Below are positions 25,001-37,000 of a DNA stretch of 60,000 nt, one piece after another. The stretch is from assembly GCA_965235115.1 (NCBI GenBank), contig OZ249436.1, forward strand, positions 55,616,001-55,676,000, given 5' to 3'. The notes under the pieces are model-generated. The model ran no database searches, had not been told where the DNA came from, and was given only the letters and a program-made list of their open reading frames with translations. The position numbers and the translations under genes were made by a program. The stretch's first letter is position 1. Every line of letters begins with the position of its first letter. The DNA is from Laetmonice hystrix (Eukaryota).

Positions 25001-28000
25001 TATAAGTGTGCCATTTTCAGTGACCGCATTAAGAATTGGCGATTTGTTTCTTTTTTTTTACAAAATACCGGCCAAAGCTACATAAACAGGTAGGGGACCT
25101 TTGGGGCATATCGGAGAACCGCAATGCAGACATGTTTTTGCTGAAATACGACGTATTATTTGAAATTCGTGACATATTACCTTTAAGTTGCGCATTAAAG
25201 CGCGATTAAGACAGCTTAATAATGACCCTATACATATGATATGACCATAGTTGTTGGCCTACATGCTACAGGTCAAGCCGGTGTCAAACGGCACGATATT
25301 CCTTCCGATCCTCCGACCGCCCGAGCTTCCGACGATCGGAGGTAAATCGGGGGTCAGGTCGGAGCGTTCTCGGTGAAAAGTCTGACACTATCAGACTTTT
25401 CTCGGACTCGCCGACCCTCCGATATTGCTCCGACCAGTGCACGGCACGACCTTGTGCTCACACGGCCCGATATTTGGTCCGATCTGTCTCCGATGTGGGG
25501 CGGTCAGATTTGACATATTCGGGACTTTGTTTTGGTTCTTGGTCTATATGTCTTGGTTCATACGATATGATGTAGAATGTCTCATTAATTAAGCTCCCTT
25601 ATTGTGTCTGATGAAGGAGCCAGATTATAAAAAATACTGCTGCCTCATGGCAATCCAGGTCTGGCAATCTTGTGGCGGATTCACTTTTATGACACAAGAA
25701 TACAATTTAATAAAGGAAGAAATGGGCTTTTATTAAAAGGTATTGGTAATTCTATCTACTTTTATATACATTTCATAGGGCATTCATCAGTGGGTCCCCC
25801 ATTTCTCTCTGAATGTTTATTTTATACTCCATCTAACTGGACCGGACACCGGCACCATTGCAGGACTGTCACTATAATAATAGAAAAAGAAATGTGGCTT
25901 CACATTTCCAATTTATTAGCCGCTGATTGACGGCCTATTCTCCCTTGCAGCGAGGATGTCACTCCTGTGTGACCCAGAGATTGGTTCTCGCGCCATGCAT
26001 GCACCTTCAAGGTCTCTGTATCAAACAATATATGATCAATCGTTGAGTGAGCATAGAGGTAAGCTGGCACAGTCCCGATATTTAACAGGTCGTAATACAG
26101 ATGGAGCAATAGGCAAAGAGAGCACCCGAGCAATGGTGAGTAAACTGCGTAGCGTTGGGCAAATGATGCTGAGAACAGGGGTTGAAACGCTGAGACCACT
26201 CTTTGTCCGTCGTAAATCTTAAAGGAGAAGACCAGTCAAAAATCACATTTGGACAGCTGCAAGGCCTCTATAATATACTCACCTTTCAGAGTAGTGGTTG
26301 GAAATAAATGTCCCCCTATTCCAAGAAGTCATATATTGAACATGACAACCGTGTCAAAATCACTGGCTTCAGCAGCGCAGCCATTTGTTGCTATTGGGCT
26401 GACCGGAAGTGACGTTCCAGGGCTCATCTTTTGCATGCCAGGGCTAGGCTATGCTAGGCTAAAGGCAGCCGAGGCGAGTGGCAAATCGACGGGGTTCAGT
26501 CCCACAGTCACAGTCACAGTCACAACTAAACGCAGCAGGTCTGTGCTGACCATGCTGACACTAGCTGCCATTGCTCGCGGTCGTAGTCAGAGTGGCGCCG
26601 GGCCTCAGGGGCCAAGCTCCCGTCAACATCACACGCATGCACGAATCCAAGTGGGACGAATGCAGACGGCCGAAACCCACGGCTGCCCAGATCCGTGTCC
26701 ACCCTGATATGTCCCCTGACATCGGTATGCTTTTCCTAGCCATTCCTCATCACTATCGATGGCTTATAAGTTGTCAACGTTCGCTGCCTTCCAAATCGAT
26801 CACCGCAACAGGTGCGTCAGCTTTTAGTTCCTCCCAAACTGGAGAGCAGTCGTGCTGCGCATGCTCGCCTAGGGCGAGTATGCGCACTTTGAGATTAGCC
26901 CAAGGAATGGCGGCCTTCACCAGCTGAGCAGGTTGTAAGAAGCCTCCGGCACTAAAGTGCCTATATCTTAACCATCTGAGCACCAATTGTGTTCAAATAT
27001 TTTTTAACTTGCTTAGAATATCACGGCATGTGTGCCTGGCCTGTACAGACTGGCGATGGTCTTTTCTTTTAAGATACACCGGTCAAAGGATGGTTGCAGC
27101 ATGTCTCTCCCGTGTATTTCATCCAATCTTCGCCCAGATTTGTGCCAACGGGGGGGGAGAGGGTTGTGGGATGCCAAGAGGGGGGTTGTGGGTGCAGGGA
27201 GGGGTGTATGTTTGTTTTGAACCTGTTAAGCAGAAAGAAAATTACTGCGTAATGGGGGTTGCAACCTCAATAACCCCACACCCTCTGGATCCGTTACTGG
27301 ACTGCCGTTAAAGTCACTGCATGTTTAAAAGATGACAGAGAATGCTGAAAGATGCCAAGCCCATACTTGTAAAGGCAACATCCAGTGCATGACTAAACCC
27401 ATATATCTAAGGACGAGGAAAGGCTGAGGTGAGGACAGACCCGTAAGCCACGCAAATTAGGGAAAAATTTTGGCACCCTGGAAATCGGCATCAGCCTGAT
27501 ATAAATCCCAGCGCTGGCACACCTTGCCATTGTGTATACCTATACTGTCTTCTGTAGTATTCTGTGGACCTATTATTAGAGAGAACAGGTCACATTTAGC
27601 GGCGACTTTTAACTGAAATCATCAATTTTAAAAGTTCAGCTTATTCAGTGTGGAAGTCTGTATACAACTATTAATCCAGGTGTTGCCTTACTTTGTTTTT
27701 TTTAACTATAAGTACCTTTGATTGGATCTAGGAAAGCTTCTGCTTGTTTAGCTTCTCTCTAGTGAAAGCATCAAGATCGGATATCATGGCACCGCTGACG
27801 TCCTGTAAAGCTCTCCCCTGAGAGTCATTCATTGTACTATTTGTCGGTGAAGAAGAAACCCTTAGTCCCCTGATACAGTATTCCTGTTTGAAAACGCCTT
27901 AAAACTCGAAGCGCTTGAATGCCACTTGATATAACCCCCTGTGTGCTCCCTCCCCCTGGTAAACTTCAAATCGTAAAATAGAGTCTGTATCTATCAGTAG

Positions 28001-31000
28001 GCATACAACAGCATTTTAAAACAGTTGAAGTCGTAGTCATCATATCAATCATCATATCTGGTATGCGAAAAAAATGACATTTACATTCTGAATGTAAACA
28101 GAAACCTCGCATTGAACATTAAATAATTATACTGCGTTTGTAGGCCCCACACATTTACCAATTCGAACAGAAAAACAAAAGGTGTGGTTCTGTTTAGATT
28201 AGATTTTCAATGATTGGAATCACTTAAAAACTTAATACTTATGACGCTTCTAAATACATCGGCAGTACTATTCGAACGTTTATTCCCGGTTAAATTTTTA
28301 TTTGGGGGGGGGGGGGGGGACTAAAGTGGCACCTCAAATTTTTCAAATAGGCTACTTACCTTTGAACCCCAGTGACACCATGTTAAAATATTTCAGTTCG
28401 AGCGATAGGCGAAAGTATTTTAGAAATGGAGTTATGTTAGGGCCCCGAGTTACCGTTCGGTCCGTCCGCTATTTTCAGAAGCCAGCGTGGGCTGGGAGCT
28501 AGCGGTAATCTATTTATAGATCGTAGAGTATGTCCAAATATGGCAGCGGAATTGGAGTAGAAGCCAGGGGGACAGCGGAGATATATTTTTACATTCCATT
28601 TTCGCTTTCACTTATCGCTCGAACCTGAAATTATAACATGGTGATCCTGGGGGCCAAAGGTAAGTATTTGAGGAATTTGGGGTGCCACTTTAATTTGTAT
28701 GAGACAAACGAGTCGAGCATGTCAGAAATCTCACGTTGACCTTTTGTTTCAGGAATGGGACGACATGTTTCTGACATGGGCCCCCGAGGAGTACGGGGGA
28801 CTCCGAGTGTTACGACTGCCCTGCCACAAGATCTGGCTTCCTGATATTGTACTTTATAACAAGTAAGTGTGGACCTTTACTTCACCCAGTCTTAAAATCA
28901 CTGCATGGCTGGCGCAGGAGATCAGGATTCCTCCTCTTGATTATGCTATACCTTCTTGCTTTAGTAAATACATTATAATCCCCTGACCTGACGCTTCGAG
29001 GAGTTTTTAAAGTTTTCATCACGTCATTCAAGAACCACTCTTTTCAATTCAGCTACATAATTACGGAATTCGTAGATTATTCTTGTTTAAATAACCGGCA
29101 AATCTGAGTGCAATTAGGTTGGTACACACTCGCGCCTACACAATGTAACGATATACGCTCCATACAGTCCATAGAATTTTGGTCCATTTGCAAAACATGT
29201 TGCTCTTCATCAACCCATACGTCATCCTACAGAAAGTCGCATTACGGTGACAAAGGGCCAATATGGAATACATGTTGCACGTGTCAGCGCTCTCTGGCGA
29301 GACTCCAGCGCTTCCTCCTTTCATATTGATTATTCAGGTGAGGAACTGAATAAAAAAAGGGAGAAAAAATTGTAAAAACCTTCCGAGACCTCTTTCCACG
29401 TGTGCCTTATCAGTGTTCCGTTAGCGCCCACTACCTGTTTTGGGGGAAATATTCCATTTAGACCTGAATGCATTGGAAGTGAAGCGAATTGCCGGTAGTC
29501 CCTTGTGTACCCACCGGCCGAATCTCTGGCCATTGCCTATAAATGGTCTTACCTTGTCAGACCCCATTTCCCCTGAATCCTGATAGGAGCTGTCGTCCAT
29601 GCTATGAATTGACATCCTAGCAGGTGCTGTATGTGGTATTCTTATCACGGATGGATGTTTTTTATGGCGTTTTGTCATTGAGTAGGATGGAGAGGGACGG
29701 AGTGTATTATACTCAAATAACGTGTTGTATTATTAAACACACTGCTGCACGTCATTAAACACTTGATGGGTGCCTGAATCAACAACGGTGCATTCATTAC
29801 GCACGTATTGGTCAGCATCGGCACCCTTGTCTACTTGATGTCACTGTTATAATCACCACCATCGCCATCATTCAACCATCAACTTCGTTTTTAATAATGG
29901 TGACGATTTCTACATTGACGGCCGCAGAAAACCTACCCTTAAAAGGGGCAAAAGCACGCAAGATTACGCCAAGGGGTCAGGGTTTCAACACCGACCCCAA
30001 GTCTGATTGTTTGAAACGGTGTAATCTTGTTAAAACAACCCCCTATCATGCCGACAATTAAACCACCCTCTTTATCCTGCCGACAAACCAACCCTATCCT
30101 GTCGAAACACCACCTCTATCATGCCGACACACCCTATCCTTCCAACACACCATTCTCTATCCTGCCGACACACCACTACTATCCTGCCGACACACCACTC
30201 TCTATCCTGCCAACACACCACTACTATCCTGCCAATAGGCCACCCCTATCCTGCCGACCCACCACCCCTATCCTGCCGACACACCACCTCTATCATGCCG
30301 ACACACCCTATCCTTCCAACACACCATTCTCTATCCTGCCGACACACCACCCCATCCTGCCGACACACCACCCCCATCCTGCCGACACACGACCCCCATC
30401 CTGCCGACCCACCACCCCTATCCTGCCGACCCACCACCCCATCCTGCCGACCCACCACCCCTATCCTGCCGACACACCACGCCTATCCTGCCGACACACC
30501 ACCCCCATCCTGCCGACCCACCACCCCTATCCTGCCGACACACCACCCCTATCCTGCCGACACACCAAACCTATCCTGCCGACCCACCACCCCATCCTGC
30601 CGACATACCACCCCATCCTGCCGACACACCACCCCCATCCTGCTGAGGTTGTCCCCATTTTCCACGGAGTCAAACAAAAATGATCCACCATGTCAACATC
30701 CGGGTCCTCTGTAAGCGGTTAATATCCTACATCACTTCTGACAAATTTACCCCAACCGATCACCGCCCACGTAACCGTTATATATATGCACCGCATACTG
30801 ACATAACGTCTGCTTGAAATCCCGCCTTAATTGCCTTGGTGATTACCTTCAGAGAATAAACATTATCTAGAGACAGGTAAGGCACGAATTGATTGATTTC
30901 TACAAACTGGGAAACGTTTTAATGTCTTGAATCTATAGAACTAATGCCTGCTTGAGACGCCCTCTGCCGGATGGGATCCGATGGACTTCGCAGACTCTAT

Positions 31001-34000
31001 TGACCGGCGGTGTCTCAGTCAATTTTCTCTCCTGTGCCATTTGTACACTACACCGGAAATGCCTACCAAAGTGCGGAAAGTTTTAAACCACTCTCATTGT
31101 TGACTGAAACACGAGGGTACACTGTTCAATTTACAGTCTGAAAGTGCAGACCTGTAATATCTTTCAGGCCAGTGTATAATTTAGTTTGGCCAAATATCGG
31201 AGTGGCAATTGCCTCTGTGGGCTGGGCTTTGGAATATAGCGGGACCTGCACGCCATGGGAAATCGTAGCAAGTTATTATATCAAAGCTTCATGAACATTT
31301 GCATTAATTACATCCCAAACGTAATGTTTACTGGCCTAGGGCTGCTTTCCTAGCAAGTATAGAGAACCGCCGCATGACCTCAAGGGATATTACCGTTGAA
31401 TCAACTAAATAAATAGTTTACGGTCGCCGTTTGACTTGGCTTGGCAGCGTGTCGTTAGAGGTCGTTGTCAAACACGAGGTTGCGTAGCATGGTATTTCGT
31501 GAAAAGTGAACGGGAAAATACAATAAAAATGCACCCTGGCTGGCATTTGTGTGGAGAGACACCCCAAAGGAGATGGAAGGAAAGGGTTTCATAGATATAT
31601 TTATACACCTTCGTGATATATTTTGATGTCATTTAAATACATCGTCATAAAATAAACATAATATGCCTACCAACCAATGTCAAGTATTACTTGCAATTAT
31701 TTGAGAAAATCTAGATAAGATCCCTCATGACATATGGAGAGAGAGATGTCATGACCTCCATTTATGAAAAAAGTATACACCACAAACCTGCATGGTCTAG
31801 GGATACGGAATAGAAGGTATTGTTCATCACCCTTGTATTTAAATTACACCGATGGGTATAGAAACGGTGGATGACCATCTAAACTGGTATGTGACCCACA
31901 AATCAGGTTATCAAGTCTGATGGGGCGATAATTCGTACAGAACATGATTTAGACCGGTGTAAGAGAAATCTAGTTTTCCATACACGTGTTTATGTTTGCA
32001 TTTGAAAATGTCTCTCTTCATAGGAGATACACTTACACATAAAAAAGGAAGAAAAAAATACTGTGACAGGATAATTAGTACCACTATACAGGCTCAGCGT
32101 ATAACGTATCTCTAAACGTTATAAAAATACACCTGGATCGATGTGGAACTACATAAAAAGTCAAGACTTATATCATGTTTTCCCTGAGGCAAACAGCCGC
32201 TGTAATTATCAAGGGTTTTTGTTTTCATTTCACTACCCCACACTCTAATTATGGGAAATAATGTGAGAGTAGTTATAGTAATGTGGCAACCAATGGCGGC
32301 AGCAGGGGTGTCCTAGAAGTGGCGGGAAAAGTGGCGGGAAAGCCGCTGGGAGGGTGTATGGCGGGAAAAATGGAGGGAAATGGGGGGAAATTACTGATAG
32401 AAACTCCAGGCCCTGTTTTTTAGTTCGTCATTTTACCAATCTTATGACTGGAATTTTAAGACTGACCTGTGTTATGGTCTCTCATTGGCTGACTTCATTT
32501 GAAGGACCAATCAGAAGCTCTGAAACAAGAATTCAATCTTAAGATTTAAAACTTAAGACTAGGCCTATCAGTTTCCAAACTAAAAACCGGGCCCAGATGT
32601 GTTTTGGAGGTTTATAATTCTATCATGTTTACGGGAAAATCATGATATTTATAAGTGTATAAACTTTCCGAACCCTATCTAGTTAAACATGGTGTCAGTA
32701 CATTCAAAATTCAGCCCACCGTATATAAATCACACATACATACATGCACCTAGAACAGAAAAAAGAATCATGATTATATAAGTTTATAAACTCGTTAAAC
32801 CTGATATCAATACATTAGTATGGAATGCCGTTGGTACTTTTATTCAGCATTTACAGATATCTTCAAATATTTGAAGATATCTACAATTCATTTGAAGATA
32901 TCTTCAATTCATTTGAAGATATCTTCAATTCATTTGAAGATATCTACAATTCATTTGAAGATATCTTCAATTCATTTGAAGATATCTTCAATTCAATGGA
33001 TCTACTGGGTATCGGGTAACGTGGCTACATGTGGACCGAAAAGATGAACCATCTTTTTCACACAGACCATAACCTGTTGTTTGCATAGGTTTTAATACAT
33101 GTACTGGTTAGTGTATATTTTAAATGATCAGAGCAGCTGGCTGGCTGTCACTGTCCACAATGTCAAACATATATTCGTCATCGCGTTCGTCTTGGGTAGA
33201 GACACACTATCCGACACATGTAAAACTATACACGTCACAACAACCGATCAGTCATGCGACTGATAATAATGGTTCCATCGACTGGAGGTCGCAACCTCTC
33301 TGTCACTGATTATCTCTGTTATGTCACGCCACCCGGGGGTGCTAAAACAGTTACTTTATAGCCCTAATTGTATACTCGACTAATCGGGTGATAATCTGGT
33401 GAGGATAACTATTGTTTGCTAAAATTATAAAACGAAATTAATAATGGCGCCTATATTTAGCATTCTGCATGGATGGCACATAACATTATTCCACCATTAG
33501 GCCTACTTTCAATAATAAGGGTTATTAACTGATGCTTACACCTTATGTAAGGTATTATTTCGGTTTCCTACGGGTTGCGTCAAATGACACGTAAAAACGC
33601 CAGGTACGATAAAAACGAACACAACGCCCCCTTTCGGTGTATTGCGGGTAAAACTGGTTCAATCCATGTTCTGTGTCAATCAGTGCACACCTAATCCGAG
33701 CCTTTGAGAGTGCACATTGTCTGCATGCTTAAATGGGAAGCTGTCCTGGGTATGGACAAAGCACATACGGCACATCTCGGCCATGGAGATTTGTAATTGG
33801 AGCTTGGCGTGGCCCGCGCCCTCTTCACACGCAACTTCTCTGTGCATGGCGCACAGATTTCCCGGCAGATGGCGCGCACGGCATGACGTTCCGTCGGGAG
33901 GCTGGGCTCGGCCGCGTCTCCTCCATAATGTCCGGCGCATGTCCGATCTCGACATGCCGCACAATAAGCATTTAGGGGGACGCCTTCAGCTTGTCGCGAG

Positions 34001-37000
34001 TTCCTAGGATGGGGCTCTTGGGCGGGTTGAAATGAGAGAAATGAGTAGCGTCCAGAGAGGGACCGGGAGGGACACAATCTATAGGTTAAAACCTCTAATT
34101 ATCTGATAACGCCCAAAGACATTTCGTCTGAAGCAATGTGTTCAATAAGACCAGGAAAAAGTTCAAATATGAAGACTAGGCTACCGTAATCTTGCTAACT
34201 GTGCATATCAAAATGGAATATGTTTCGGTGAAAAGGTTCCGGGTAGGCCTACGGGATTGAAATCGCCACTGAGGGCATTTATAGGGTGAACGTTATACAA
34301 ACGATCAAGACTAGACTCTACAGGCCTAATAGAACGCAATTAGGCCTACTCTAAATACCTAACGTCTATTTTTTTGTTTATCCACACAAATGTCAGGAAT
34401 CCTCCTGGGAAATATTGCTTCGCCATACCAGACCAGGACGGAAATGGTTAGGAGATTCACTTCCGATATACCGACCTTGGACTGATCTATGTATAGCCTA
34501 GTCATTTTCAAGCGCAGGCTTAGGCCTACTTATGAAAGATACCCTGAAAATTTGAGAAAGGTGAGGCGCGGGGCTTAGCTGTTCAATAACAGTAAGCGAA
34601 TCTGCTCTTTGATATAGGATCGGTACTGACTTCGCGTTGGTGTCGGCTTTAAGTGTTTGCCATGTCGTTGTGGACCCGTCCCTTAGCTGTCCATAGTCCT
34701 GCAATCAAATCAATAATGGTAACTAGGGACAGGAGGGTACGTACTCCATAATCCTTCTACATCGCATTTTTCCTACGTCCTGCCTCCGGTGAATTCCTAA
34801 ATACCTGATCATGTTTGTATGTGTAATCTCTTTGGGCAAAGGGAGGGGACGGGGACAAAGCTCTCACTCTGACTGCCTGATTGACTTGTTGATCACATGA
34901 GGCGCGATATTACACTCGTACACAACAAACGTATACACAATATACACCGGGACGAGTGGGGGGTTTCCCAGGGGGGAAATTGGTTCATCATCTTCGGAAG
35001 GCAATAATGGCAAAGCCAAGTATCTCACCATGATTCCCCAGTGTCACGCTATGGTTCCCCAGTGTCACTACGTTTATGGCACGGCAAACGTTGCTCAATC
35101 ATGGCCGTAATATGATTCGTCTTCCGCCTTTTCATCAGAGTTGAGGTCGCAACCATCGACCTTTGGGCTTCCTTGCGTTTCATTTTCTCAGTCCTCTCTC
35201 GCCTCCAATACAAATGGCAGTGTCATTTCTTCGGCTTGAAATGATTAGGTGGCCTGAGTGTGTAATACTACAGACTTCTTATTCTGTGACAAGCCTGACA
35301 AAATATAGATGTCAACAAACCTATCCATCGTGGGAAACCTCTAATATTATCCAGTATCGAGGGCGACCGCTGTGTAGACCAAAATAGACAGGCCATAAAG
35401 TAGGCCTATAGCTGTAATGATCTTCCCAGGCTGAAAGGAACTAAAAGTGACCATTAGAGTAACCCTTCTTTCAAATTCACTTTCTTATAAACTGGGACAG
35501 GCAATAGTGTAAAGCAAAGCCCCCTCCTGATACACAATGCATCGACCAATGTCTCTTGTTAATGGCTATCACTGAAATAACGGAGGGTCCTATTCTTGAA
35601 GGGCACACCACTTCTTTTTCGATACAATATCCCAGCAGCTGCTCTAGCAACCTCCTGATTAAAACAAGTTACAAGAGATACGCCACTTCACTAATATGAC
35701 TTGTACATGACCTGCACCCATTCATTCCAACCAACACAGAGGGTTGGAGGACATGAGCCTTTACTCTCTCACAGATGTTCACCCTCTCTCACCACTATTC
35801 ATTCCCCAACTAGTTATCTGTTGAACATTATTAACGACTGGGGAGTTTTTAAAATGTGTTAATCCCACTTCGGTGTTGATTGCCACGACATTGTCAACGC
35901 AAAGGTCTACAATAATTTTCGTTGGATTTCTGCAATCTGAAACCGTTGATCTTTGTGTCGGTAATATTAACCGCGTTTTAATTCATTTGTAGTCGATAGC
36001 CCGAGTTTTAACTTTTGCAGATCCATTCGTGCGATTGCTTCATTTATGCGAATTGGTCCGCGACTTGGATTTGGCAAGACATTTCAAATTTGTACCGTAT
36101 AGTTACATTTCCGAGTTGAAATTCAACTTTAGCGAATTCTGCAGCACCTCTCCTAACTTAATGTTCGGTGAAATATCACGTCTGATATGGAATTCAAGCA
36201 GTATATTGCTATCAAATTAGTTTATCGATGATATCGAGTCATTATCAATATATTTGTAATTAATTACGAGTAATTAGAAACAATAGGCCGCATATTACGT
36301 GCATTATTTGAAACGGCTATCATATTTTTAGTGTGATATTAATAGGTTCTTATAGGTGAGCGGAGTAGGTTATGAAACCGACTTGGGCCGGATATCCAGG
36401 GGGCGCCACTCTCTTCGACACACATACACTGATGGATTAAGTATTTTTTTTCTATTTTAGCGCACCCATCGACCCCCCCCCCCCGGCTACACGCCTGCAT
36501 GAGGTAAACCCACTTTTAACAAATATGAATGATTACTTGACGTGATCCTGTGTGCCTTTCAGCGCGGCCGAGTACACCGACGGTCTGATGCCTGCCAACG
36601 CCATGATAACAAACGAGGGCAACGTCTTCTGGCCGGTACCCACCAAACTCCAGAGTACGTGCAAGGTGGACGTGACATACTTCCCGTTTGACGACCAGTA
36701 CTGCCGCCTTAAGTTCGGCTCCTGGACTTACGACGGCTTTCAGGTGGACATGGTCAACCGGACGACTGAGGTGGACCTGTCAAATTATGTCGAGAACGGC
36801 GAGTGGGAATTGATGGCTATTCACGTACAGCGTAACGTTGTTTACTACGCCTGCTGCCCCGAGCCGTTTCCGGATGTGACGTTTGTCATCCACATCCGGC
36901 GGAGAACGTTGTATTACATGTATAACGTCATCTTCCCATGTATTATGATGTCGGCGCTGACGTTACTTGTCTTTTGTCTGCCGCCGGATTCCGGAGAGAA

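Noticed and set aside
26223..27610. Large autonomous Kolobok with coding remnants
   Set aside because: A TTAA|AGGAGAAG left end is present, but no matching right TIR or transposase motif was found.
30027..30714. 218-aa and 197-aa Pro/His/Thr-rich ORFs
   Set aside because: Read-through of a stop-free 21/22-bp minisatellite within intron 4.
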